A DNA stretch of 64,000 nucleotides from Amoebidium appalachense (GCA_963693365.1 CAVNZM010000012.1:5716889-5780888); one strand, 5' to 3'; shown: positions 1-13,283, numbered from the stretch's first letter. The notes: a model not told the origin generated them from the sequence alone. Numbers and translations: made by a program.

Positions 1-243
1 CCGCGGGTCGTGGGTGCTGGCCCAGCAGCCACCAGCACACATGGTGGGCCATGCTGCGTTGCAGACATGCAATGCCCAGCCATACAATATCCCTTGCCTA
101 CAAATATAAAAGGTGGCTTGCACTAGGCACATCTAGATCCTTCGATCGTGGCGGGTGGAATTTGGGGGGGCACATTTGGGTATCAATGGGAGGGGAAGAG
201 GAGGGGGCATATTAAATATTAGGTTCCAATATGCCATGCCGAC

Positions 244-370
244 TTGGGGGGGCACATCTAGATCTAAATATGGCTGGTGGATTTGGTGGGGCGCATCTAG
301 TTATAAATATGGCTGGTGGATTTGGTGGGGCGCATCTAGTTATAAATATGGCTGGTGGATTTTGGGGGCC
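244..370. repeat. Tandem repeat, ~39-bp unit x3 (GCGCATCTAGTTATAAATATGGCTGGTGGATTTGGTGGG)
   Basis: Three near-identical units read directly. Confidence 0.85.
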
Positions 371-929
371 CCCGGAGGGAGGGGGGGGGGGGGGGGGAGG
401 GGAGCAAATCGAGATGAAAGCACTGTTATGCAGGCCCAAGTATGCAGGCCTGAGTGTGGGTGGCCAGCAACATGGCTTCCATAGCACATCAATGAGCATG
501 GGCCAACCCCCCCACACGTCCCCGTGTGCATCCATCCGGATGTTGGGATGTTGCGCTTTGGCCCGCTTCATGCTACCACTCGATCCAGTGCAGCCCGGAT
601 TTGCCTTCAGGGTGTCAGGGCATGATAGTCCGTTTGGCTAGGCACACAGAAAGGGGTGCCTGGCCGACATGGAACCTCGGTCGGCCATAGACCATGGTGG
701 TGCACACTTGGTGGACCAAGGTTATCAAAATGCATGCCACTCCTATCTGGCTCATATGTCTATGTGCCTCCATGCATGGCCTACATGTACACCAACTTCA
801 GTGCCCTAAAACGAATATGTCGGCACTTTTCAATGGCATCCACGGAATTCCCCTTGTATGTCGATTGCCCAGGCGTGGACGTCCCATACACGGTAAAAAC
901 AAAATTCTGCGCTAAACACTAACGGCAAT

Positions 930-1045
930 ATGACGTTACATCTAGGTTGCCAGGTTGCAGCGTGACTGTGACGTCATATTGGCACCAGGAAGGTGACAAA
1001 ATGACGTCGCCACACACCGCACCTATGACGTCACTGATTGGGCTG
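930..1045. promoter_or_regulatory. Cluster of CRE/ATF-like and CCAAT motifs, probable promoter
   Basis: TGACGTCA at 969-976 and 1026-1033, variants at 931 and 1002, ATTGG at 978 and 1037. Confidence 0.45.
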
Positions 1046-2265
1046 CCACTGTCACCGACCACTATGATTAGGTTTGCCTATATATGGGTTTGTCTTTTTT
1101 GGGAATCGCACGGCAGCACCAGGTCGGCCATCTCGACTATGACAAGTTAGTTAAGGTTTTGTGATGACATGGTGCAGCGGTCGACTCGGCTACCTTTTTT
1201 AGCCAGGTGTTGTTTTTCAAGATGAAACGATTGCAAAGCAACCAGAGTCAACTTGTTGGTATGTACTGTGGCAAGAGGGCCCAGCCAGGGTGTACTAGCC
1301 GTTCACCATACCTTTATCGCACAAAGGGGGCATGACTTGGTGGTTCAAGAGAAAAAAAGAAGAAACAAGGCAAGAAGAAGCTGGATGCGGGTTAGCCGGA
1401 GACCAGACTAGCAGCAAGGATGCATAACAAGCCTTCAGAAGGTGTTTTAATTGGTCTATAAAGCCACAGCTTGGATGGGATGCGAGTTGGGCAGGCGAAC
1501 GTGAAGGACCAGGTCTGACCCGGTGCGTGTGTGTACGTTTCAAAGCACTCTCCCAAAAAGGCTTGCCAGCGGGGTGGTAGGAAAGCAGTTTGAACTGGTG
1601 TGCGTGTGGCTGCACAAGCACAGCAAAAAATGGAACTATGCATGTGTGTTTCTGGCTCCAAGGGACCCGGTGTTGTGTAGCTGCACGTGCATACCATCAG
1701 ATCAGTGTGTGCTTGTGTTTGACACTGCATGATAACAGATAGCGCAGGTGTGGCTCACGTCTATAGCAGCAGGTAGGTGCAGGCATGTTCTTTGTGTGGG
1801 ACACGTCTATAACTGCAGGCAGGCGCAGGCAAGTTCTTTGTGTGCTGCACGTGTGCCCACCTGGTGTCGTCCGCACTGTCCTGTGTGGCCGCTTCCAGGC
1901 CTCCGTCTGCAGCCGGCAGCGGCCCACTCTGTGTGCGCCTGCCTCCCGGCCCCGTCAGACCACCTAGCTACACCCCCCCCCGAACACATCACCACACACA
2001 CACACACACCTCAGACTGCCCTGCGTGTTCCCCTCTGTGCAGTCTGCCGTGCTGTCTATGGCCCGTGCGCCCGTGCGGCCCAGCAGCTGGCCTGTGGCCC
2101 TGCGTCAGTCCTGTGGCCGCCCTGCCAAGGGGTGGGCACCAACCTTCTGCCGTTGCTGTGCGGCCAAGCGGGCGCTTGGCGCCATATGCCGGCTGATAGG
2201 ACGACGGATAGCCCCCAGTGGCCCACATGGTCTCCCAGGCCCCATACACCCTGCTGTGAAGCTGC

Positions 2266-2620
2266 AGACTGTACACCCCCCCACTGTGCGTGTTACTGTT
2301 GGTTTGCTACAGACTGTGCACACCCCCACTGTGCGTGTTACTGTTGGTTTGCTACAGACTGTGCACACCCCCACTGTGCGTGTTACTGTTGGCTTGCTAC
2401 AGACCCCCCCACTGTGCGTGTTACTGTTATTTGCTACAGACTCCCCCACTGTGCGTGTTACTGTTATTTGCTACAGACTCCCCCACTGTGCGTGTTACTG
2501 TTGGCTTGCTACAGACTGTGCACACCCCCACGGTGGTGTTACTGTTGGCTTGCTACAGACTGTGCACACCCCCACGGTGGTGTTACTGTTGGCTTGCTAC
2601 AGAATCCCCCACTGTGCCTT
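2266..2620. repeat. Minisatellite, 38-45-bp unit (~8 copies; GCTACAGACTGTGCACACCCCCACTGTGCGTGTTACTGTTGG)
   Basis: Direct tandem copies upstream of the ataxin-3 gene. Confidence 0.9.
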
Positions 2621-2785
2621 CACACAGGTTTACGGCACGCAAACAGCAGAGTGCCTCCTAATGGACCGCAATCACCGCACCGCGATGCCCTCTGCCCATT
2701 GGTGCGGTTCGCACCATGGCTCACGAGCCCATGCTCCGATTGGCCCCGGTTGCCCAGCCCTTTTGACGGTGTCGTCGTTCCACAG

Positions 2786-2823
2786 CAAGGCCTCCTAAAT
2801 AGCACACCATTTAGGAGGCCTTG
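2786..2823. mobile_element. 38-bp hAT-like micro-element with 8-bp TSD
   Basis: Perfect 15-bp inverted repeats (CAAGGCCTCCTAAAT / ATTTAGGAGGCCTTG), 8-nt spacer, direct repeat TTCCACAG at 2778-2785 and 2824-2831. Confidence 0.75.
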
Positions 2824-2989
2824 TTCCACAGTCAAGTTGTGTGCACTACCCAGTGCGCATGCGATCATCGCCGCCACCACCTGCTTCCTGCTGCTTCCTT
2901 CGCATACGGAGTGAGTCTGTCTGCCTGTCCAGGAATCAGCCCGTTTTCTTTCGCAACGCAGCTGGCACCCAGGCGCTGGGCACGGTGCT

Positions 2990-3886
2990 ATGGAGACCGT
3001 CTACCACGAGCAGGTGCCCGTAGTGCCTGCCGGGGGCTGCCCGGGCGGGGGCAAGGCTGACCTGGTTTGCAGCAAGACGGAAGTCTGTGCGCCCAGCATG
3101 CCCTCAACAGCTTGCTGCAGGGTACGTGTTTGGGGAGGACGCGGGGTGGGAGGAAGAGCGGGTGGGGAGGGGGGGAGTGGGGGCGGGGTTGTTCGCGTGC
3201 CAACGCAAGCCCTACAGGCAGCTACTTTACGGCCGTGGACCTGGGCGACATAGCACGCCAGCTGGACGCCCAAGAGGCTGCGGCCTATGCTGAGGGCGGC
3301 ACCCGGCAGCCCCGTCCAATGGTAGCTGCCCGGGTCGTGCTGTGTTCTGGGTCGGCAAATACTGACCGCACGGGGCAGGGTGGCTCCAACAACATGGACG
3401 ACTCGGGCTTCTTCTCTGTGCAGGTGCGCAGAGCAGCGGGTGGCTGCGAGGTGGGACGGCAGAGTGGCTGAGGGCGGGGGCAGGTGCTCAGTGCGGCGCT
3501 GGCTGTGTGGGACCTGCAGCTGGTGCCCCTCGACAGCCATGCCGTGGCCGAGGCAAAGGCAAATCCTGTGTACGTGCCTGGTGGGGGGGGGGGGGGGGGG
3601 GGGGGGGAAGGGGGGGGTGCTTAGGGCGTTGCCTCGTTTTCCAGGGAGCAAAGGGCATTCATCTGCAACCTGGCTGAGCACTGGTTCACGCTGCGGCGCT
3701 TTGCCGGCCGCTACTGGCTCAACCTGGACTCCACTAAGCCGTGCGTGCCCCCGCTCTGGAGCCCTGTGCAGCCCCACTAACCACCAGTCTGCAGGGGCCC
3801 CGAGACAGTGAGCGACGGTTACCTGGCCCTGCTGCTGGCCCAGCTGCGCCAGGAGGGTGCGTGGCTGGGGGGGGGAGGGAGGGGGG

Positions 3887-3917
<31 letters not shown>

Positions 3918-4446
3918 CTGACGGCTGGGGTAGGCTACTCGCTGTTTGTGGTGTGCGGGGTGCTGCCGACTTGCGAGGCAGACCAGCTGCTGAGCCTCCT
4001 GCTGCCCAGCCAGCACCAAGGTGGGCCTGCCTGGCGTGGTGGGGCTGGGCTGAGGCAGGCGGCATAGGCGAGCATAGAGGAGGGTTGTGAGCTGCTGTTT
4101 GTGTCTGCGTATGCACATGCATATGGACAGCTGGGGCCGGGCACACTTGGTGGGGTTGGCACACGGGCAAGCACAGTCCATGCAGATCTGAGAGGGCCTA
4201 GACCAGCACATACACTGCACCGTGTATGTGTGGCTGGGATACCGTTGCACACACACGACTGCTGCAGCTTGCCACGCCACATGGACTACTGGGACTGCTT
4301 GAGAGTGCCGCCGTTAGACATGGGCCAGTCGGGTGTACTCCTGCCTTTGGCCAGGCACATACAATGGCCGTACTTGCACATGCAAGTTTGAGCTAGAGAC
4401 TTCCCCAGACATGAGCTGAATATCCACATACCCCCCCCCCCCCCCC

Positions 4447-4496
<50 letters not shown>

Positions 4497-5615
4497 AGAA
4501 TCTGGACGGACCTCAGGCAGCAGTCAACGGCCCAGCCAGCAGTCTGCTCAACCGCAGGAGCAAGGTGGGTGCTTGTCTGGATATGTGCCTGCCTGGATAT
4601 ATACATGGATATGTGCCTGCCTGGATATATACATGGATATGTGCCTGCCTGGATATATCTGCCTGCCTATATATGTAGATATGTGCCTGCCTGGATATGT
4701 GCATGGATATGTGCCTGCCTGGATATATACATGGATATGTGCCTGCCCGGATATATACATGGATATGTGCCTGCCTGGATATATACATGGATATGTGCCT
4801 GTCTGGATATATGTGCATGCCTGGATATGTGCCTGCGTGGATATGTTCATGGATATGTGCCTGCCTGGATATATGTGCCTGCCTGGATATATACATGGAT
4901 ATGTGCCTGCCTGCATACATGTGCATGCCTGGATATGTGCCTGCCTGGATATGTACAAGGAAAAGCCCTCGTTTGGTTATATCAAGAAGTGCCTGCCTGG
5001 ATATGTGCCTTCCTGGATATATCTGCCTGCCTGTATATGTCGATGTGTGCCTGCCTGGATATGTGCATGCATATGTACCTGCCTATATATGTCGATATGT
5101 GCGTGCCTGGATATATGCATGGGTATGTGCCTGCCTGGATATGTGGATATGTGCCTGCCTGGATATGTGGATATGTGCTTGCCTGGATATGTGCATGGAT
5201 ATGTGCCTGCCTGGATGTGTGGATATGTGCCTGCCTGGATATGTGCATGGATATGTGCCTGCCTGGATATGTGCATGGATATGTGCCTGCCTGGATATGT
5301 GGATATGTGCCTGCCTGGATATGTGCATGGATATGTGCCTGCCTGGATATGTGGATATGTGCCTGCCCGGATATGTGCATGGATATGTGCCTGCCTGGAT
5401 ATGTGGATATGTGCCTGCCTGGATATGTCGATATGTGCATGCCTGGATATGTGTCTGCCTGGGTGACACTGTGCTGGGTGTTGGGTGTTCTGGGTGTGCC
5501 ATTGGTGTGTGCCTGTTTGGCAGAAGGGGTGGCCACTTAGGCCCATGTGCAGCAGGGAAACCCGTGGAGGGCCCGGGCATAGACGAGCTACGACGACGCC
5601 GATTGCTGCGTTTCC

Positions 5616-5665
<50 letters not shown>

Positions 5666-5960
5666 TGGCGGGGGTGGTGGGGGAAGACAAGGGGGGGGGG
5701 GGGGGTGGAGAGGGGATGAGGAGGAAAGGGTCGGCAGGTGGGATGTATCGTGTGCGGGCGGGTGGGGCACAGCAGTGCATGATGATACCTGGACCCACAC
5801 ATTTTGTACACACGTGTGTGTCCGTAATGCACGACACCATGCACATGCATGCACTGCACACATGCCAAGGTGTATGAAGCACGTGTGCAGGGCATGCATG
5901 TGCATGGCGTGGTGCTCTGTGTGTGGCCTTGGCTGATGGGGTTGGGTGCAGGGCCCATAA
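2990..5960 (+). CDS. ATXN3: Ataxin-3-like Josephin-domain deubiquitinase (11 exons)
   Basis: Exons 2990-3013, 3073-3121, 3218-3321, 3379-3423, 3484-3569, 3645-3740, 3795-3856, 3934-4020, 4499-4564, 5553-5617, 5952-5960 join in frame via GT-AG. Motifs METVYHEQQDGSLCAQHALNSLLQG, NMDDSGFFSVQV, FICNLAEHWFTLRR, WLNLDS, GYSLFVV, and C-terminal DELRRRRLLRF. Last three exons are less certain. Confidence 0.93.
4573..5460. repeat. Intronic minisatellite (GGATATGTGCCTGCCT core, 16-28-bp variants)
   Basis: Fills the ataxin-3 intron 4565-5552; source of the spurious 300-aa ORFs. Confidence 0.92.
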
Positions 5961-6210
5961 AGGGTGCCCATGCACGTGCCAGCATGTAATGGTCAAGCAC
6001 GTGCATGTGGCTTACTATGGCGCCACGGTATATGTAATTATACATACAGAGTGCTGCTTGCTCTACATAAATAAAACATCATACGACAGTTGCCCGTATG
6101 TGTCGGCCACAGTGTGGCTGCCATTGGCCATGGACGTATACATGTGGCTGCTAGTGGCCGTATATGTATGTGTGTGTGCAATTGGCCATATACATCTATG
6201 TCCCTGGCTG

Positions 6211-9200
6211 CTATTGGTTGTCGTCCTGGCGCTTGCTGGCCAGCTCATCAGCCATGCGTCTTACCAGTGCCTCCTGCCGTGCCGCATCTGCCCGTGCAGC
6301 CTGCAAGCCCTGTCAGCACCCACAGTCCGCCCCCCCCCCCCCCCCCCCAAAAAAAAAAAAAAACGGCTGGTGACCACACACCTCCTGCTGGCGGGCCTTT
6401 GATGCTGCTGGGGATGCCGTGCCCTCCTGGTCGCTGCGCTTGCCAAACTTGAAGAAGCTCATGAACGCCTTGTCCTCCCCCTGCCATGCCCTCAGCACCA
6501 GCCCAACACACACATACACACATGCACATGCACACACACACACAGGCAGAAAACAAACTAGAAAGACAAGAAAAGGGCTGGGCACCTGGGGGGGGGGCTT
6601 GTTGTTGCGTGCTCTCTCCTGCCGTACCAGCTCGGCCCTGCGCTTGGTGAAGATCACACGCAGCTCGGCCAGCCGGGGCAGCGGGAACGGATACAGGTTG
6701 TAGGCCAACTGGGGAGGGGGGGGATGAGCCCATGCCCCACACCTTAAGGCCGTGTTTGGCAGCGCAGTTATATCGTCTTTTCATCGTATTCGTCTTAACG
6801 AGAATATGTGTTCTGCCAAACACTGAACAGGTTGCAATTTACGATAAAGACGATGGACATCGCTCTACATACGTATTTTCGAAAAGACGATATAACTTTT
6901 AGCGAATCGAATCGTCTCTAGCCATTCTAATATACTATTCGTCATCAAGCGCCAATCGAATCGTCTCTAGCCATTCTAATATACTATTCGTCAATCAAGC
7001 GCCAAACGAATCGTCTCTAGCCATTCTAATATACTATTCGTCGAGTAAGCACCAATGAAACCGTGCAAAAGATGACATTTCGCATACTTATCACTTGACC
7101 GCTCCTCGTGGCCGGCGTGGGCTGCTCTGCACCTTGTACACAACGGTCAAAACCACAAGCACAGCTCTATGTATGCAAGGGAACAAACCAGCTTGGCTTA
7201 TAGGTTAACTATGCTATGTGGAAAACAAGCCTGCAAACACTGTTGCTGTACGCGTAATACCTGTCAGCGACCGCAAGGTTTTCAAAAGGTGTATCGAGAT
7301 ATTGTACGTATACCGGTGCTCGCACACGCGTTTGCTACGCCATAGTATCAGCCCTAAAGTATGCATACCACAAAATATTTTTATAAACATAATTAAGGTA
7401 GCTAGAACCATGCAATTTGGGCGATCGATCTCTGGGCCAAACTCATATGAAAAACAGGGTTACATCGAGAGTAAAAAGGTACCAGGGATATGCGCTAGAG
7501 CTATAATTTTTGCATGATTATTATGAAATAGTGTTTTCTTTAAACGCTCAGTACAGAAAAATTATAACTCAATTGGTTCAGCGTCGGCGAAAAAGAAAAA
7601 AAACTGCACCAAATCTGGTACGTTTTACTTAGTACGAAAAAAGCACCAGAAATGGTCATTTCGTTTTTTGGTCGCTGACGCTGAAACAATTGAGTTATAA
7701 TTTTTCTGTACTGAGCGTTTGAAGAAAACACTATTTCATAATAATCATGCAAAAATTATAGCTCTAGCGCATATCCCTGGTACCTTTTTACTCTCGATGT
7801 AACCCTGTTTTTCATATGAGTTTGGCCCGGAAATCGATCGTCGCAATCCCATGATTCAGCTACCTTAATCGTATTTTTGCCCTAAATACGAATAAGCTTT
7901 TGGGGGGGCTGCCAAACATGCCCTAATGGTGGAAGGAAAGGGGGGGGGCTACCTTAAGCATTTCATCACAACTGATAGCCCCGGCAAGGTCCTCGGTCAG
8001 TGTCTTCATCTCGCTGTAGAACTAAAAATAGAACTGGTCAGTGCCTTCATCTCGCTGTAGAACTAAAAATAGAACTGGTCTGCTTCATCTCGCTGTAGAA
8101 CTAATAATAGAACTGGTCCCTACGTGCAGGGTGGGGGACCTATGTGCAGGGCGATGGATTAGGGGGAGCCTGTGCAGGGCGATGGATTAAGGGGGGACCT
8201 ATGTGCAAGGTGGTGGGCTTAGGGGGAACCTATGTGCAGGGCGATGGATTAAGGGGGGACTATGTGCAGGGTGGTGGGCTTAGGGGGGACCTATGTGCAG
8301 GGCGATGGATTAAGGGGGGACCTATGTGCAAGGTGGTGGGCTTAGGGGGAACCTATGCAGGGCGATGGAATAAGGGGGAACCTATGTGCAGGGTAGTGGG
8401 CCTGGGGGGAACCTACGTGCAGGGTGTCTGTGGTGGGCAGCAGGCGGGGCTCGAGCAGGGTGAAGATGGCTAGGCCGACCCTGAACAGCATCTCATCCCC
8501 GTCAAACAGCAGCGAGTCCCACACCCGGTACAGCACCCCTGCACCCACGTCAGCACCAACCCATGGCCCGTGCCTGCAGCCCCTTTCCCCCCCCCCTCAC
8601 CCCACCCCACCCCACCTCCCCCTCCTCACTCTTGCAGACTTTGTACTTCATCCTCGAGACCGCCTTCTAACACCCCCCCTTCCCCGTCCCCCCGTCATCC
8701 AATAATGGCCTTTCCGCACCTATCCCCCCCCCAAAAAAAAGTACCTGGGACTGTGTAAATAAATCCTGTCAGCAAGTTTGACACCATTCAAATTGGATGT
8801 GCGGGCAGGAGGAGGGGTACCCTGGGGCAGCAGGGTGGCGTAGAGGGTGGGGAACCACTGGCCGATGAACATGTTGGTCAGGGGCGGGTCGTCCTGGCTG
8901 CTGGCCCCGTGCCGCTGCACGTCCTGCGCCTGCAGCCGTCGCATGTGCCCGTGCAGCCGCGGCAGCCGCTCCCTGGGGCCCAGTCAGCCAGCGCCACGCA
9001 GGGCACAAGTCTATGGGGCCTGATCTAAATATAGCGCCAAGCGGGGTTGACAAACAAGACCACAAATCAAAGATAACCCCAACCTGTCCACGTGAAAAGC
9101 ACCTACATAGGCACAAACAACCAGATAATGCTTTTGTGGCACCCAACCATCCACTTTGCCATTGAGTGCTCGGATCCAAATTGGTTCCCTTCGAGAAATG

Positions 9201-9814
9201 CGCCACTCTCTTGATTCCTTTCTCAAGGCCTGTGTGCAACCATGTGTGCAGGGCGCCTACACTGCCCCCATGCAGCCATCAGAAACCCAGCTGCCCAATT
9301 GCACTGTGGGCCAGCAGGTGGGCCCGTGGTGTGTCTAACAGTGGGCCACAGCACGGCATATGGGGTGGGGGACCACTCACTTCATCAGCTCGTCAAACAC
9401 AACCATGTCCACGGCCAGGCACTCAAGATCCTGCCCACCACAACTCAGTGCCCTGCCATCCTGGGCCCTGCATGCATCATGCTGTGCATATGCTCAAGCA
9501 CTATGTCTGTAGAGGGGGATAGAGCACGTGTGTTGGGCAGGTTCGTAGCAGCACACTATATTAGATGAGTTGGAGGCCATGTGCTGACGTCGAGAGGGCC
9601 ATGGCCTGTGCTTGCATGTGTGTGTGCATGCCATCACAGAAGACGTCTCTACGCGCATAGCAAAAAGCCGGTGTTGGCTGTGTGTGTGCAGAGTCAGGGT
9701 GTTGTGTGGGTATGCAGAGTCAGGGTGTTGTGTGGGTATGCAGAGTCAGGGTGTTGTGTGCGTGCATAGGGTGTTGTGTGCGTGCATAGAGAGGGTGCTG
9801 TGTATCTCTCTCTA

Positions 9815-9848
<34 letters not shown>

Positions 9849-9959
9849 TGCGCGCGCGCGCGCGCGCATCTTTTTCCATCGATAGGGTGCAATGTTGTGG
9901 GCAGGTATGTGCATAGATATAGTGCTATGTGTGCTCATAGACAGGGTGCAATGTTGTAC

Positions 9960-10038
<79 letters not shown>

Positions 10039-10189
10039 CTGTGTGTGTGTGTGTGTGTGCATGTGTGTGTGTGTGTACGTGTGTGTGTGTGTGTGTATGC
10101 GCACGTGTGCGTCTCTTTGTGCCTGTGTGCCTGTGTGTGTGTGTCTGGTTGTGTGCATGTGTGTGCGTGTGCGTTTGTGTGTGTGCATG

Positions 10190-10235
<46 letters not shown>

Positions 10236-10441
10236 GCCTTTGCATGCATACCGTGAAGTAGTTCTGGGGCAGCTGGTCCACCAGCACTGCCAGCGCTGCA
10301 AATGCATCGTCCTCATTCTGCACCCAGCTGTCAGCACCCTGCACCACCACCACCCCTCCCCCCCTCCCCCTCCCCCCCCCCCCCTCCCCCCCCCCCACAC
10401 ACCCACCCACCCACCCAACCACACACACACGCACACACACG

Positions 10442-10504
<63 letters not shown>

Positions 10505-11140
10505 TGTTCATCAGCAACAGCAGGTGTGCCACTATGAAGTTTAGACTCTGGCAGTAGCCTACGGCCTGCACATGCCCCAGTCAGCCACAGCCCCACCAGG
10601 CCCAGCCCCCCCACCTGCGCACCTTGTTGTGCTGGGAGTAGGCCAGCAGCACCCTGGCCAGCATGGCCCGGCCAATGGTTGTGCGGAAGAATGCATCGTC
10701 AGACGTGCGGTGCAGGTCCTGTGGCCCCGTCAGACCAGTGCCCTGCGTGCCTGCTGCCAAGGCCCTACCCTTGCACTGTCCCCCACCCTCCTCCCCTCCC
10801 CCCTCCCCCCCCCTCCCCCCTACAGAAAACACACACACACACACACCTCATCCTGTGTGTTCACACATACAAACCCACCACATCCCACCAATTATCACAC
10901 ACACACTTGGCATCAGTCCCTGCACACACAAAACCCCTTCTGTAACTGCATATACACATGTGCGCACCTTTGGATCTGCACACTACACACACACACCAAT
11001 CTTTTCGATCTGCACACGCACACACACGCACGTCCGCACGTCTTTGCCATCTGAACACATAGGTACGTGCGCATGCACACGCACACGCAAACGCACACGC
11101 ACACGCACCGCAGACGCACACGCAAACGCACACACACCGC

Positions 11141-11190
<50 letters not shown>

Positions 11191-12954
11191 TTTCGATCTG
11201 CACACACAGGTCCATGATGTCTGCATCCTCCACCCTCTGCAGTAGGTGTGTGCATGCTGCCGGGGGTATTGTGCGCCGCGCCACAATGGTCCACACCTGC
11301 CAGCCCCTTCAGCCACCCCTCACTTACCCCTCCCCCCCGCCAACCCCTCTCCCCCTCCCACGGCACGGCAGGCCGCACCTTTCTTCGGCAGTCATCGGGC
11401 AGGCGGATGCGCACAATTGTGCGGAAAATCTTCTTCCACTGCATCCCCCCCAGCATCAGGCCCCATGCACCCCCCCAGCATCAGGCCCCATGCACCCCCC
11501 CAGCATCAGGCCCCATGCACCCCCCCATAGTCAGGCCCCATGCACCCCCCAGCAGGCCGACGGGGGGCCACGCACGTGCAGGTACTCGTTGTTTGAGCGG
11601 AAGATGGGGAACAGCATCATGCGGCACAGCAGCTGTCCCAGCTGCGCCACCCCCTCCAGGCTGACCCGCACCTGCTCACGCTCACCAACACTCTCCTCCC
11701 CCTGCTGGACCCATGGGCCCCCTGGTCAGCATAAACCCCCCTCGTACATGTACCCGGTTAAAAAACTCCGAATACTACCCTGTGAATAGTGCAAAAGCCC
11801 TGAACCCGCTTTCATCCATGCACATTTGAATCATTACAGGCACTGTGTCTTGTCATCCCCTGTTCGATTTGCAGAGCATAAAAAGGCAGGTCTTGCAACA
11901 CTTTGTTGCTTGGCGGAAAACAAAAGCTGGCGCTGAGCAAGCCTTGGCCTGTCATTGCAAACGATCATGCTCTTCGGTCTAATGGTCAGCATGCAAAGAA
12001 GGGTGCTGCCGGGGGGACACTATGAGATTGAGCCCATTAATGACTGGTCAACTAGCATCGGGCGGCCAACGGTGCAATATATAGTGCTATGAAGGGGTGT
12101 GCAACAAGACCTTACTTGTTGAAATCAAGCCCTTGGTGTTGCACAATGCAATAATCGGCATCAAAGGAAGCATCTATCTGCCCTCTACGTGTGTGATATT
12201 GTGTATGTCCCAGCTAGTGGTCCATGTGATACATTGACGTCAGGTTTTGGCCATTGAAGGTCGAGTCCATCATGCCTGCACACTGGCCTATGGTGCCCAT
12301 GATTCAGCAAATCCCCCTCCCCCACAGTGCCACCATGCAAAAGCCCCCCCCCCCCCCCCCCCCCCCCCGGACCGTGGCACTTAGCACATGCATGGCCTAC
12401 CTCCTGCGTGGTGTGGTCGTGCACGGGCAGGGAGGTGGTGCGTCGAATGTTGTGTTGCAGAAGGGGGGAGGCCACCAGCTGGCTGACAAAGTGGCCCGGT
12501 GGCAACGCCAGGCTGCCCTCGTGCTCCTGCACCCCCAGCCCCTCAGCACAGCCCCTGCCTGCCCACCCCTCCCCCCCCCCAGACAGGCACCCACCGCCAC
12601 TGCCGGAAGGGGTGGCCCCGTTGCCTTGCGCTGGGCCCCAGCACTCTGCCCGGCCTTGTCCTGTGGCCTGGGTCAGCCCTGCCTGCCTGCCAAGGGGCCC
12701 GCCCATACCACCACATGGCCCCGCCAACCACACCCCAAAACCACCCAGACCCCCTGCCCCACGCCTCTGCCTCCCCCCCCCCCCCCCCCCCCCCCCCTCC
12801 CCCACAGCAGCACACCCACCTCTGGTGGGGCTGGCCCTTGCGGTTGTGACGACGCAGTATGGCTGCCTGCCCCCGGCCACAGTCAGGTGTAGTCCTACAC
12901 TACATTACAAGCATGAACAGACACAGGTTGGCGCTGCAACAGACACAGAAAACC

Positions 12955-13042
<88 letters not shown>

Positions 13043-13109
13043 AATCCGGCGCACACGGATGGGCATGCATACACACACACACGGGTACACACCAACACAC
13101 ACGCGCACA

Positions 13110-13173
<64 letters not shown>

Positions 13174-13233
13174 AAAAAAAAAAAAACTGGCACACAAGGA
13201 TGCGTATGCATACACACACACGGGTACACACCA

Positions 13234-13283
<50 letters not shown>

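Noticed and set aside
4513-5665. Cys/Met-rich 300-aa ORFs
   Set aside because: Minisatellite inside an ataxin-3 intron.
9625-9680. Candidate TBC exon with GC donor ([14 protein letters not shown])
   Set aside because: Phase mismatch; exon 9381-9430 fits both frame and family motif.
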